A stretch of DNA of 64,000 nt, taken from Chiloscyllium plagiosum. Its lineage: Eukaryota. This document shows, piece by piece, positions 1-12,707 of the stretch; within the stretch, counting starts at the first letter, position 1, and every line of letters starts with the position of its first letter. The notes below the pieces were generated by a model. The model had not been told where the DNA came from. It saw only the letters and a list, made by a program, of their open reading frames with translations, and made no database searches. The position numbers were made by a program, and so were the translations under genes. The DNA lies in the NCBI RefSeq assembly GCF_004010195.1, contig NC_057720.1, forward strand, positions 32,474,378 through 32,538,377, written 5' to 3'.

Positions 1-3000
1 ACTCTCCTCTCAGCTTCTATCCAGATGGATATAAAAGTCTGCTGAAGGCTCCCTGGTACCACAGTGTGAGAACCTGCCTGTTGGAATCAGATTCCATCAT
101 TACTTCAGAAAGGGTATGGATACTTTTTAACAGACTTCCAAATATCCCATGTAATTGCTTGTGTGATATTAGCAAATGAACATTAAATGCCTAAGTTTCA
201 AGTTTTAAAATAATTAATGATTGGGTGAGATTGTACAATTGTTACTGCCAGCCTTCTAACCAAGGACTAATAGCTATGATGGTTGCAGAGATGCCAGGGT
301 CTAAAGAACCAAGGGGTAGGTTGCTAGGGTTAAAAATAGTGATTGACTTTTGTGTTTTCGTCAGTAACATTTCTGGATTTGATGTGCCTTTTAAATGAAA
401 ACATGGTACAGAAGAAGCAGCATGATCTGTGATGCTGCTCTCACTGATCAGCTGGGTAGGGGACGCCAGTGCAATTTGCCCAGGCAGCTCATGGTGATTG
501 CACTATGACAATATATAGTTACAATCAGTGGAAATCAGGATGGTGGGAGAGAGAGGAGCTCTCCATTGACTGGTCTCAAACCAAACATATTAACAAGAAG
601 CTCGTATTCGCTGGAATTTAAAAGAGTTAGAAGTAACTTGATTGAACTGTTATAAACCTCACAAGGTAGATGTGGAGAGAATGTTGTCTCTCAGTCAAGT
701 CACTTGTTGTTCTTTGAAGCTCCAGCAGATACAAGTCTAATCCATTTCCTCATGAGACAGCCCATTTATTTCTAGTTTTACGTCTGGTAAACCACCTCTG
801 AACTACTTGCAGTGCATTTACATCCCTCCTTAAATAGAGTGGTCACACCAGGCAGAACAGAATTTGTTTCTTTGTTGTTGGAGGCTAATCATCCCAGGAC
901 ATTGCAGAACTTTCTCAGGGCAATGTCCTAGGCCCAGTGTCTATAGCTGCTTCATCACTCATCTTTGCTCCATTATAACTCAAACATAAGGATGTTCACT
1001 GTTTGTGTTCAGTTCAATTTGCAACTCCACAGATAATCCAACAGGTCGATGACTGTGTTCAGCGAGACTCAGACTGTTAAGTGACAAGGAGCAATGGCCA
1101 TCTCCAATTAGCGAGAAATTAATCACTTACCATTGACCAGAAATTGACTGGACCAGCCTCATAAATGGACTAATCTCAGTAAAGAATTCTGTGTGGGTAG
1201 CGACTTGCAATGCTACCTTCTGTCAGAGAATTGATGTTAAGTTTGTGTATTGCCATTCAAGGCTTCACTTTTGGAACTCAGTTCTCCCCTCCTTGTCTTT
1301 GGAAAAGGAGAGCAAATAGAAAAAAGTGCAAAAATCATCAAGTTTGTAATTGTCCAAAAAATTTATGAAAAGAACTTCTATAGAATATGATTCTTTCAAA
1401 TGGAATGTGAGAGAAAGTAGCTTTGAGTGTCTGTCGAACCACGTCACAGTCTCATGTGGATGATTGCACAGCAACAGTGGACAGAAACGTGGGTACAGGT
1501 TCCCTTTGTTCTTTGGTCAGAAATTGTTTATATTATGGTGAAGATAGATTAACAGTAATGCAAAAGTTTCCTTTTCAAAACTGAAAATATACAAGGTACA
1601 GTACGTCACTGATACAATATTTTATTATTAAATTATTTTGCAGAAAGTAATATTGAATGAATCTATTGGTCAGTTTTTCTGATTGAAAAACTTAGATAAA
1701 TGATCATTTTATTTCTCACAATATTTTAATCATCCTTTTGTACTGTATACACAAAAATTGTATGTTTAATCATGTAAGCCAACCTGCAACCCTTGGTCCT
1801 GAGGAAATGAGCTTCTTGGTGGTCCTGGCCTGGGATCTAACCTTTTACACTAAAAGCTATCACAGGCAGCAGCAATTTACTCTTGAGTTTGCAAACAGAT
1901 TTCTCTTCCTCCCTACCCAAAGTAAGGGGAAGTTAGCTTTACACTAAGCTCTCTGTTGTCCTGACATTTGAATTTCATACAAAAGGGTCATTGTCCTGAG
2001 CCAGCACGATCCATCGCAAGATGAGCTTAACATCTGCCAGGAACAGTGTCCATTCTGGCAAAAGCTTACAAGGCCTTTATCCACTACAGAGTCAAGCAAC
2101 AGGATTTCAGGCTGACTTAGTGACTTTTACAAGGGAATATTCTTGTAAATTAGTGCCTTTCTTATTAATGATTTACAATATTTCATAAGGTAATGAAGAA
2201 GCAGATCTGCACAGGTAAATTTTATATAGGTGTATACTGTAATTGTTCAGTCTGTAACGACAATGTTTATTGTTCTAAAATCTGTAAATTCAGGAAATAC
2301 TTGTCTCTGGAGACTAACAAAATTAGTCAGTGCTTTGGAATAAATTCAATAACATACCTTAACTTGATACTGAAGATCGCTGTAATTACATTAAAATTAG
2401 TTTGCAATAAAAACAAGACTTAGACCTGTACATAATGTGATAACACTAAAAGTTCTTGCACTGTTTAACCTAGAAAAATCTTAATTAATGTCGTTCACCA
2501 AATCGATGAGATTTGAATTATTTATAAGTTTCTCCCATTCTCGTTGATCTTAATGCTTAATTCACAGTAACACCATTTTCATCTTAAAACTCAGAAGTTG
2601 TAAATTGTCACAAAAACTCAATTGCAGATCTGGCAGCGTTTGTGGAAAGCCCAATGACCCTCCTTCAGAACTAATAGTTAGGAAAAGATGATGTACTGTA
2701 TATGCTATCTGTGATGTGGGGTGGGATGGTGAGCAGATAGGCAGAGTTGGTGACCAGAGAGAGAGAATGACAGTTAGGATGAATGATGATTTGCCAAGGA
2801 GAAAGAAAAGCTGATAGTGGTACGATAAGTAATTGAAAATAGGTTGGCTGTGCTGAAAGCTCGATTTTCCTGTTCCTCAGATGCTAATCTTGACTCTGAT
2901 CTCCAGCATCTGCAGTCCACACTTTTGCCTGTGCTGAAGCAGCCCATGTCATGACAAGGTCTGGGATGTGGGTCTGGGTAAAGTACACAGAAGAAGATGT

Positions 3001-3242
3001 TCAGGTTCTAAAACTATTGAGCACAATATTAAGTCTTGGAGGCTGCAAGGTTCCCAAGCAGAATTTATAAATTGTTACCTGACTCATGATCTATCGAGAA
3101 ACACTTTACGTTATTAAAGTTGATCAAGTATAATAGGTTGGCATGGCAGGAATACTCTTACGTTTAAAAGGCCGATAATAGGAATGCCCCATTAAGATGA
3201 GCTCACAGTCAGATAAATTTCATGGATTCTTGATTAATGCTT

Positions 3243-3567
3243 TTGTGGCTCATTGGTTAGCACTACTGCCTCACAGGCCCCCGTGGTGAATTCAAGCCTC
3301 GGTTGACTGGGTGGAGTTTGCACATTCTCCCAGTTCTGCGTGGGCTTCCTCCGGGTGCTTCAATTTCCTCCCACAGTCCGAAGATGTGCAAGATAGGTGG
3401 ATTGGCTGTGCTAAATTGCCCATATTGTCCAAGGATGTGTTGGCTAGGTAGGTCAGCCAAGATTACAGAGGTAGAGCGATGAATCTGGGTGGGATGCTTG
3501 TCGAAGGGTCAGTGTGGACTCAATGGGCCACATGACCTGCTTTGACATTGTAGGGATTCTATGGTTC
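3243..3567 (+). mobile_element. HE1-like V-SINE (diverged)
   Basis: tRNA-like head (gtggctcattggttagcact), V-domain (tggagtttgcacattctccc...cctccgggtgct...cctcccacagtcc) and tagggattctatg tail. Confidence 0.85.
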
Positions 3568-4368
3568 TCCCTTGAAAAAGAAATGAGTAATTTTAAATCG
3601 TCATTTGGTTAGCAGAACTTGATTTTTGCTGAATAAGTACACATTTTGTCTCCAATTTTTGTCTAGCTTTCATCACATAAAATGCTGATGTAAAGGGAAA
3701 GCAACACTTACACTGTATGAGAGAAGAGAGTTGATTGGTTGGTAAATAGATTCTGATTGGGAGGGGCATTGCTATAGAGAAAAAAATCGATGCATTAGAT
3801 GTGATTTTTCAGTTTAAACAAATGCCCCCTAAATAATCCTGAGTATGCAAAGAATTACACTTCACCTGACAAAGGAGCAGCATACCAAAAGCTTGTGATT
3901 TCAAATAAAGCTGTTGGACTATAACATGGTGTCGTATGACTTCTGACTTTGTCCACCCAGTCCAACACTGGCATTTCCACATCAAGATTTATGCTGATTT
4001 AATATTGTCTGTCAATCAGGCTTATTGTATGGCACATATGCCCATAGTAGAAGATATATATATTAATATATACAGGACCTTGTTCTTTGCAGATAGAAGG
4101 AGCACAACCATACCTGCATCTATATCAACTCAACAGAATAGATGACCACCATTCTTTGGTTCATTTCTTGTCACCTGTCTGGTTTAAAATTTAAACAAAG
4201 CTTTACGGTAAACTGCCAGTCATCATCTAACTGCCTAAGACGTTGATTTCACAAAACCTCGCATTAAAAGTGTGTTATTATACAATATCTTGAGCTATGA
4301 ACAGTAGAGGTGCGATATGTAAAAGATTTATTACTAACAGTTAATGTTATTGCATAAAATTCTTCCCA

Positions 4369-4576
4369 CAGGTCGTTCTGCTATAACACACATTTTGTCA
4401 ATGCTAATTCTCTGTAACGCGACTGACGACTTGGGGTCACTGTTTCTAAAGCACGAACTTTTAAAATGTGTGTTGGTTGTAATGTGATACACTTTAAGCG
4501 CTGTTTCTAAAGCGCAATTTTTCAATGCACAAGGTTGAACAAGAACGCAACCATCGTGTTATAGGAGAACTGACTG
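4369..4576. mobile_element. Tc1/mariner (Tigger/pogo-like) MITE
   Basis: TIRs caggtcgttctgctataacac and gtgttataggagaactgactg. TA follows the right end, with CA on the left. Confidence 0.7.
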
Positions 4577-4626
4577 TACTTTAAACTTTCCTCATATTCA
4601 GAATTTCTTCCCCTTTTTTCTTGCAG

Positions 4627-4679
4627 CAAAACATGTGAATGAAGTGATAGTAGGCAATGATCGCTTGATGGAGATTTAA
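4627..4679 (+). CDS. EIF2B3: Terminal coding exon of translation initiation factor eIF2B subunit gamma
   Basis: A polypyrimidine tract and ttgcag acceptor end at 4626. The phase-1 exon reads (A)KHVNEVIVGNDRLMEI-TAA, matching the vertebrate eIF2B-gamma C-terminus as I recall it (AKRVNEVIVGNDQLMEI). Its position upstream of PTCH2 on the same strand fits human synteny. Confidence 0.92.
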
Positions 4680-5725
4680 TCTTGCCCGTGATCTGGAACC
4701 ACTAGTTGCTTTTTACCTGGACATCATCAGATACGGAATATCATCCACAGGTCATCACAAGGCATATTAAGTGCTGACTAGGAATGGGCATTGGGTTTGA
4801 ATTGACTGTGCTGCTTTGTCTGTCATCTAATATGTTGGTCAATATTGGAGGCTTATAATAGGCATTTTTTGGACATTTACAAATGGCATTTTTTTCTTGG
4901 TATGTCAAAAATGCCTGTTAATATATGTTTTAGTGACTCCAATTCATACAGCACCTAATTAAGATCAGCGAGAATGATAGCTGCCTGACATTTTCCTTTA
5001 AAACAATTGTATGAAAACCTTTTAAAAGAATTTCAAATTATCCAAATATTGTAAAGTAAAAATTGGAATGCTGTGCACTAATAGCTAAGCTTTTGGTTAT
5101 ATGTGGCAGATTTTCCTAGTTTGAAGTTGTGTTCTCTGATTTATAATTTTTTTCTCATGAATGCAAAATCATTGTGTGACCATAATGATTTATCAACAGG
5201 AATTGGGAAATATTTTGCATCTGTTCATGGAAAAGATTATACCAAAGGAAACAGCATGCATGAAGAGAAAGATAATTTTTTAATGGTCTTTTTGTATGCC
5301 ATTCAGCATTGGTAAAGCCCAGAGATTCAGAAATCTGACTTCCTTCAGCCAGTTAAGGTTGCCAAGAGAAAGAGAGAAAATAGACCAAGAAAATTATATT
5401 ACATTGAAATTTGTAGGAATCAATGGAAAGCAAAGTTATTGGGAGTAGTGACAAAATGTAACCTCATGACCCCAAGTGAAATCACCCAAAAACAACAGAA
5501 TCCTCTATGAGTAGTCCTGCTCCATATCCATATGTCAAATGAATAGGGGGAGGGTGGAGGGATTTGCCCTCTTTATAACAATACAGTTATGACAGTATCG
5601 TTGTAAAACTTTTCTATTGCCAGAGCCAGCCAAGTATCTGTGAACCTTATCTATGACAATCGATTTGAACACTAAGACTGTACTGCTATTTAAACTTGAA
5701 AAATCGGATAATGATAAAACGGACA

Positions 5726-5926
5726 ACTGCAGATGTTGAAAATCTAAAACAAAAACAAAACGCTGGAGAAACTCATCAGGTCTGTCTGCATCTGTGGACA
5801 GAAAGGAGAGTTAACGTTTCAAATCCAATGACCCTTTTCTGAAGGAACTGAAAAAGGGTCACTGGACTCAAAATGTTAAATGTGCTTACTCCACCGATGC
5901 TGTCAGAGTTCCTCCAGCAATTTCTG
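5726..5926. repeat. Palindromic (fold-back) Penelope-tail-derived repeat
   Basis: The left arm gttaacgtttcaaatccaatgacccttttc pairs with the right arm gaaaaagggtcactggactcaaaatgttaa. Related arms occur at about 2610, 8170-8310, 9590-9690, 47980-48130, 56225 and 56850. Confidence 0.7.
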
Positions 5927-6216
5927 AACATGATACCGATGCTTAGTGTTAAACTTGTCAGCGTTCATACAATTTTTACTTTTCAATATTTAATGTATGG
6001 AAATGAATGAGTCAGTAAAATTTCTATATTTGCTGTTTAGCATATTACCAAACCATGTTATAATTTATTCAGTCTCGGTCAAACAGAGTCGGGTATATCC
6101 AGTAAATGTAAAAATAGCTATCCCTTAAGAAGCCCATGAAATCTCAACCTGTTGCTCATCCTGAATACTTATAGAGCAGTTTTATAAGGTTCATGCAGCT
6201 TGTCTGTATTTATCTC

Positions 6217-6222
6217 AATAAA
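6217..6222 (+). terminator. Candidate EIF2B3 polyadenylation signal
   Basis: First AATAAA I could find after the stop codon, followed by a GT/T-rich tract (ttgtgtttgcttt, about 6241-6253). It implies a 3' UTR of about 1.55 kb. Confidence 0.5.
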
Positions 6223-7189
6223 CAAATTCTGTTTACAGCTTTGTGTTTGCTTTAATTTGTAATGTATACAAATTACTGAATATCCCAAGGGCACATTGTA
6301 AAAATATTTTTACATCAGCATGATGTTGGTCAACAGGAGAAGCATTGCCAGAAATGGAAGGATGTAACTTAAGTGACCAACCAAAACCAGTATAATTCAT
6401 TGAAAACATACAAAGTAGAATTGTACAATGTTTGATTAAGATTGTAGCCCTCTAAGTTAAAACAACGTTATGAGCAGTTTTCTAAAAAGGATTCAGTTGT
6501 TGTTTTGATAAACTGATAAATTGCTGTTTGTAAACAATTGGATCAAAAGTACTTTGTTTCAGCTGAATGCCCAAATAGCTAATCCATTCTCCTAGCTGGA
6601 TCCCTTAGTCATGCATAATTACTCAAATAAAAATTTTACTTGCTTTGGAATTGCCCAAGCAATTTCAGATGTTACAATTATGGCACCTTTTGATGACAAA
6701 ATACGCGTGTTACACTGGCCTTTTGCAACAGAACAGATTCTGGATGAAGGCACTCAAAGGTGATTTCTGGAAGAAATCTTCAACTTTTAACATGATAGTT
6801 AAAGCAAGCACCTACTACATGGATATACGAAATTATCTTTGACATTTCTGTTTATGATGAAGTATATCCTTCTTGGTGCATTAATAGTTTTGTGCTCACT
6901 GGCCCAGATGAGGAATGGGTTAAGTAAAGAACTTGAAATATCAAACTTTTGTGCTCCATCTCCACATTCTGAAGAGCATCAAATACTGTATGAGTGAGAT
7001 ATTTTCATTTTGACACAGGCATTGCCTTTTTGTGTATATTGAAGGTAAAACAGCTGGAAAATTTGACACAAGGACAGTTGTAACAAAATTAATAATAGTC
7101 ATTTCCGGGTGTAGGCTTAATTTTTTTTACTGAAACACATAGTATAGATAAAAATTCTCATAATCTAATTTGTGTCTGAGCAGCCCTAG

Positions 7190-7495
7190 ATTATGCGAAG
7201 CATGGACAGTGAGCTGCTTCCCTTAGCTAAAGGGTCGCGAACGAAGGGGCATAACGTTAAGATGAAACATGGGAGGTGTAGAGAAGATTTGAGGACCATC
7301 TTTTCAGGGTGATGGGTGTCTGAATTACACTGCCTGGGAAGGTAGTTGAGGTGGGTAACCTTTTAAAAAGTACTTGGATGAGCACTTGAAATGTCATAAC
7401 ATTCAAGGCTATGGCCTTAGTGCTGGAAGTTGGGACAAATGTAGATTTAATGTAGCTTTAGTGGTAATAACTGCTATACTGTATGATTCCATAAT
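7190..7495 (+). mobile_element. Old CR1 3' fragment
   Basis: gaaggggcataac...aaaaagtacttggatgagcacttgaa...ctgtatgattc, typical of the CR1 ORF2 end and UTR. Confidence 0.6.
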
Positions 7496-8439
7496 CACGA
7501 TACATCTTCCTGACTACAAATTGGCTAATCCTCCAGAGAGCTTGCATTTATGTATTATTTTTCACAACCACATATTATCCCAAAGTACTTCATAACTCAA
7601 TGTTATGTTGATGTGATGTAGAAAATTCAGCCAATTTGGTCTGGGAAGATTCCACAGTGATGAGTAGAGATGGAGCAAAGCAGGGAACTGGAAGGCAGGG
7701 ACCAGCCTTGATTTTCTACACATTTTAAAGCACAATGTTGTTTTTCTCTTGGCATCTCCTACCCCATATCTGTTACCACAATGCGGGTTGAACATTTTTG
7801 CCTATCTCTGTCTGTCAGCTCCAGTCTTTCAACATTACTGCAATTAAATCTTTTGCCACTCCATCTTGCCATCTGTCTGAGACTTGCTTGTTATTCCTGT
7901 TAGTCCTACCTTCATCAATCCTCACTCCATTTAGTGTGCCACAAATGACCATATTATTTAAATCTGTTCTTGGCTATTTTATATGCTCCCATAGTCTTTG
8001 CTGACTACCTTATGTACTGGTTCCTGATATTGTCCTTTCTCATCACTCCACACATCCATCTCCAAATCCACATCTCTCTATTTTTCAGTTGGCGTTCCTT
8101 TCTTTTCAATGTTGCCTAGGTTTGTGCACTATACATAATAAGATCAATCTCAACTACCTTGTAGGTTTAATATTTTGAATCTAGTGATCCTTCAGAAAAA
8201 CCCAAAATGTTAACTCTGCTTTCACTTCATTAATGCTGTCAGACCTGAGACATTTCTCAAGCAATTTCTATTCTTGTTTCAGAATTTTGGCATTTGCAAT
8301 TCTTTGTTTTATTTAGGTAGATTCTTCCCTTCAATTGAAGCAATTCTTTCCTAAACCATAACTTTCAAATGCATTTCTAATTACTCCAAACATAGCTAAT
8401 CAACTACTTAGTTTCTGTTTATATCTTCTGCCACCACCT

Positions 8440-9030
8440 TATTTTTATTGATGCATGGGATATGGCCTTCACTGGCTCAACCTGAATGTATTACTAATCC
8501 ACAATTGCCTTTGAGAAGGTGGTAGTGAACTGCCTTCTTGAACTACTGAAATCTGTTTCAGTTGGCACATCCACAATGTTGTTATAGAGGGAGTTCCAAT
8601 AATTTTAATCAGCAGAATGAAGGAATGGCAATGTATTTGCACATCAGGATAGGGAAAAACTTGGAGGGGAATCTGTGGGTAGTGGTGATTTTCCCATATA
8701 TCTGTGGCCCTTGATCTTCCAGATAGTGGTGGTGTGGTTTTTGCAGGTGCTCCCTCAGGAGCCCTGGTGAATCTCTGTAGTGTTTCTTGGAGACTGTGGA
8801 GGAAATGAATATTTGTAGATATGGTGATAGTCAATTGAATAATTTTGTCCTTGATGGTGTCAAGCTCCTTTAGTGTTGTTGGTGATGATCTTTGCTCAGC
8901 ACTTGTGTAGCATGACTGTTACTTGGCATTTGTTAGCCCAAACCTAGATATTATCTTGCTGTATTTGGACCTGGACTGTTTCAATATCTGAGAAATCATT
9001 AAACATGCTGAACTTTGATCAATCATCAGA
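8440..9030 (-). mobile_element. Degenerate LINE 3' fragment
   Basis: ccttgagaaggtggtagtgaactgccttcttgaac motif, also seen at 50125-50160 and in reverse near 36640. No intact ORF. Confidence 0.55.
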
Positions 9031-9150
9031 AAACAAATTGGAACATGAGCAAAAATGAAAGCTATGGGGATTATAGATGGTGTGCTTTGTCAAGAAACAA
9101 ACTACTTTGTTGGCTTGATACAAAATTAAGAGAATCTTTTGTGTTATGAC

Positions 9151-9356
9151 TTCTGCGTGGGTTTCCTCCGGGTGCTCCGGTTTCCTCCCACAGTCCAAAG
9201 ATATGCAGGGTCAGTTGAATTGGCCATAATAAATTGCCCATAGTGTTAGGTTAGGGGTATGGGTGGGTTGCGCTTCGGTGGATCGGTGTGGATTTATTGG
9301 GCCGAAGGGCCTGTTTCCACACTGTAATGTAATCTAATCTAAAAATCTAATCTAAT
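9151..9356 (+). mobile_element. HE1-like V-SINE, 5'-truncated
   Basis: V-domain gcgtgggtttcctccgggtgctccggtttcctcccacagtccaaag, then ccgaagggcctgtttccacactg and an (aatct)n tail. Confidence 0.9.
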
Positions 9357-10134
9357 TTACATCACTTAGAACCAGTTAAATCAGCCCAGGATCATCTGGT
9401 TCTTCAATTTGTGTTTCTAAATTCATCCACCAATGAAGAGACAAGTAACAATTAGAAGTTTAATATGCAAAGATGTATATCTACGTGCTGTCTAATATTG
9501 GTTTGGCTAGCTCCTTTTGTTTATTGGATTTGCTACTTAATTCTACATGTCAGGTGAGCTTGCAACAATACTGTTAAATCATTCAACAACAGAGCCTGAA
9601 AATGCAGGAGAAATTCAGCAGGTCTGGCAGTATCCATGGAGAGAGAAACAAAATTAACATTTCAAGTCCGATATGAGTTTTCCTCAGGACTGGCAAATCG
9701 TTCTATGGATTGCCTTCTTCTTGAAGGCCCTCCACATCATTTCAGTCTGAATAGGTGACAGGTAGATCTATTTCCAAGATGTCTCAGCTATTTTGGGCAT
9801 TTTCATGAAAAGGGGGAAAAGCAGTGTGTGCCAGTTTTAAATGATTTAAGTGTGTACAGACCAGAACAGTTAAGATGAGCTAATGATTCCCAGTTTGAAG
9901 AGTTTATTTTAGGAGTGCTTTATATAGTTTCCTCCCCAACCGGAGAAGACAGTCAGGTAACCTTGAGTCTCGACTAATGTAATAAAACTGGCCACAAAAG
10001 AGTTTCACAAAAAGATGGTTCTCCTGCCTGTTTGTAGTGAATGCAATCTTTGCACATGAGCTCAGATTATAGGAGGCAGCTTTTATGCAATTCTTCAATC
10101 AGACTCTTGTTCTTGGGCTTCATTGACCATCTGT

Positions 10135-10740
10135 GCTTAACACATGAATTAGGAGTAGGCCATTAAATCCCTTTACCCTACTCTGCCATTTGTTAATATC
10201 ATGATTCCTCTGGTTGTAGACTCAACTCCATTTGATTTCCTTTTCAATCAAGAGTCTACCTTTTACAGACTCCGAAATATTCAATCATCCACCTCTACTA
10301 CCTTCTGGGGAAGAGAATTCCACACCATTCCATTTATCTCCATTTAACTAAAATGCTGGCTTTCAATTTTCCCTGCCAAAGTGAATAATATCCCACATTA
10401 TGCCATCTGCAAAAATTGAGGCTGCTCACTTAAAACATCTATATCTATCTTCAGACTTATTATACCTTCTTTATAACCTGCTTTCCTACCTATCTTTGTA
10501 TGGTTGCTAAATTTTCTGATAACACATTCAATCTGTTCATCCAAGTTATTGATATGGATTGTAAATAGTTGAGCCCCAGCGTGGATCCTTGTGGCACTCC
10601 ATCAGTTATAGAGTCATACAATTATAATTTTTTATCAAAAAAGATGCCTATTTGCCCCTGCTTTCTGTTTCCTTGTTAAGTAATCAATCCTCCACCCATG
10701 ATAATATGTTACCCTCACACCATAAGTTCTTATTCCGATG
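10135..10740 (-). mobile_element. Old degenerate CR1 fragments
   Basis: 3' UTR motif (aggagtaggccatt...ctctgccatt) and RT remnants (catctgcaaa; gatccttgtggcactcc). Confidence 0.65.
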
Positions 10741-12222
10741 CAAATCCCAGGCTGGAGGAAAATCCACACCCGTGGTGTCCTGCTAGGGGAGAATTCCACA
10801 CAAATGTGTCTTGCCAATTTGCTTTTAACCAGTACTTTAAAGGTTAAGACACACAAGAAATGGTAAACAAGAAACAACGAACTTCAAAATCTTTTTCATT
10901 TAATAACTATTAGGATAGTGAGTAATTTAAGTCATTACAGTTCTCCTTTTAATTTTACTTTTCTGTTAACATTTGTTTTGATGTAATTCTGCTGTTGGAG
11001 TTCTCCCAGAGAAACGGAAGAGAATGAACAAAGTATGTTTCTGTCTTGTCCTGATGGTCAGTGAAGCCAAAAGCCATACAAATGAAAAGCAAATGGGGGG
11101 GGGGGGAGTAAACTACACATGTAAATAGGAGAGCATTAAGGACATAGAGATTATAAGTCAGGGTCATTCACCATGCACAGGGAAATCAGTGTGGATGAAC
11201 CAGCAGCCCACCCACATAGAGCAGTCAAGCCTAACCGCTGACTCCTGCACGTTCATACTGCTCTCCACCAATTTGTCTCCAATGTTCTGTTTCATAAATA
11301 AACTTTCTCTCCAAACTCATGTCCCTTAAAGGGACATTGATACCAGTTTTCATACTCCAAAGAGGCTCCAGTCTACTACTCCAAATCTCATCGTAATTGT
11401 ATAACATTACAGGCTGACTTTAGTTATTTCTGTTATTTAATTTGAAAGGAAATGATAACTACTGAAGAGTGGTTACAAATTATGCTGCTGCCTAGTGTTG
11501 ATAAAAAGTATGCTTCCAAAATGAGGATGATGATGAATAATCATTCATTTACATTTTATCATGTAATGATATTGCATCGAATATATAGCGCAGGAACAGG
11601 CTATTCAGCTCAGCCGGTCTATGTCTGCATTTGTTCTTTACTTCAGCCTCCTCCTGTCTTTTCTCAGCTGAATCCAGCATTATCAGCCTTCTCTATCATA
11701 TACTTGTCAAGTTTTCCCTACCAACACAAGAGAGTTCCACATTCTTACCACTCATGTGGAAGAATGTTCTTCTGAATTCCGTGTTAGTTTTCTTGATGAC
11801 TTTTTTATATCATTCATTGGTGACATCTAGTTATGGTCTTTTCCATAAGAGGAAATATTCTCTCTTTATTCATTATTTCAAATTATTTAAACATTGTCAA
11901 GATCTCTATTTGGTCACACCACAACCTCCTTTGTTTTCAAGAAAAGACTGTCAAAACTAGACTTGACACATACAAGATTCACATTCACTATCGTGCAAAC
12001 AATTAATCCATGCAAATGATTTTCAATACATCAACCTTATTTTTTCAACTGAGTTGAATGAAATTATTGATAAGTTAGACTGATATGTTTGGCATTTTGC
12101 TTTAGTGGAAAAGACGCAGACAAGACAGCAATTTCAAATGTTATCTTTTAACTGTCAAAAAAAAATTGGTTCAGTAGGATTGAAGAGTATTTACGTGATT
12201 CACTTTAACTTTTAGCAACAAA

Positions 12223-12707
12223 CAGGTAGTTCTCCTATAATGCTGGAGTTGCGTTCCCGAGAAACCTCACTTAATAGAAGATCATTTAATAGAAATAATG
12301 GGGCCTATGGGAAAAGTGGGGCTAGGGGCAAACCAGCAAAAAATATCACTCATAATCACTCAAACATCACCCAAAAGTTTAATGCAACGTATAGCACAGC
12401 CTGAATAAAGGTTGAAATCATTTATTAATGAAGCAGAAGTAAAATTAAAGAAAGCTACTCTCCGTACAATACCTCTCACAGAAAGCTGCTCTGTCGACAG
12501 CTGACATCAGCACATGCACAGAGCGACACATAGATTTCAGTGTGGACACCGGTGCATATGCAGAATGAAGGATGCGAACTGATCCCTGCTGGAATCACAC
12601 TGTTGCGAACTGAGGTAAACATTCTCGAAAATAACCATTCCCTAATTCTCCAATGATGCTATAGCCAAATTGCATTGCCAAACCACACATTATTCCAGAA
12701 CTACCTG
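12223..12707. mobile_element. Tc1/mariner (Tigger/pogo-like) MITE
   Basis: Perfect 11-bp TIR caggtagttct / agaactacctg followed by TA. The TIR is related to that of the 4369 element. Confidence 0.75.

Noticed and set aside
1..4600. Penultimate EIF2B3 exon; Cys-rich ORF at 2193-2423
   Set aside because: No similarity to the eIF2B-gamma beta-helix region and no clear splice sites. Treated as intron.
10777..11405. Possible solo LTR (TG...CA bounded segment next to a CR1 fragment)
   Set aside because: No target-site duplication or second copy in the window, so the call cannot be supported.
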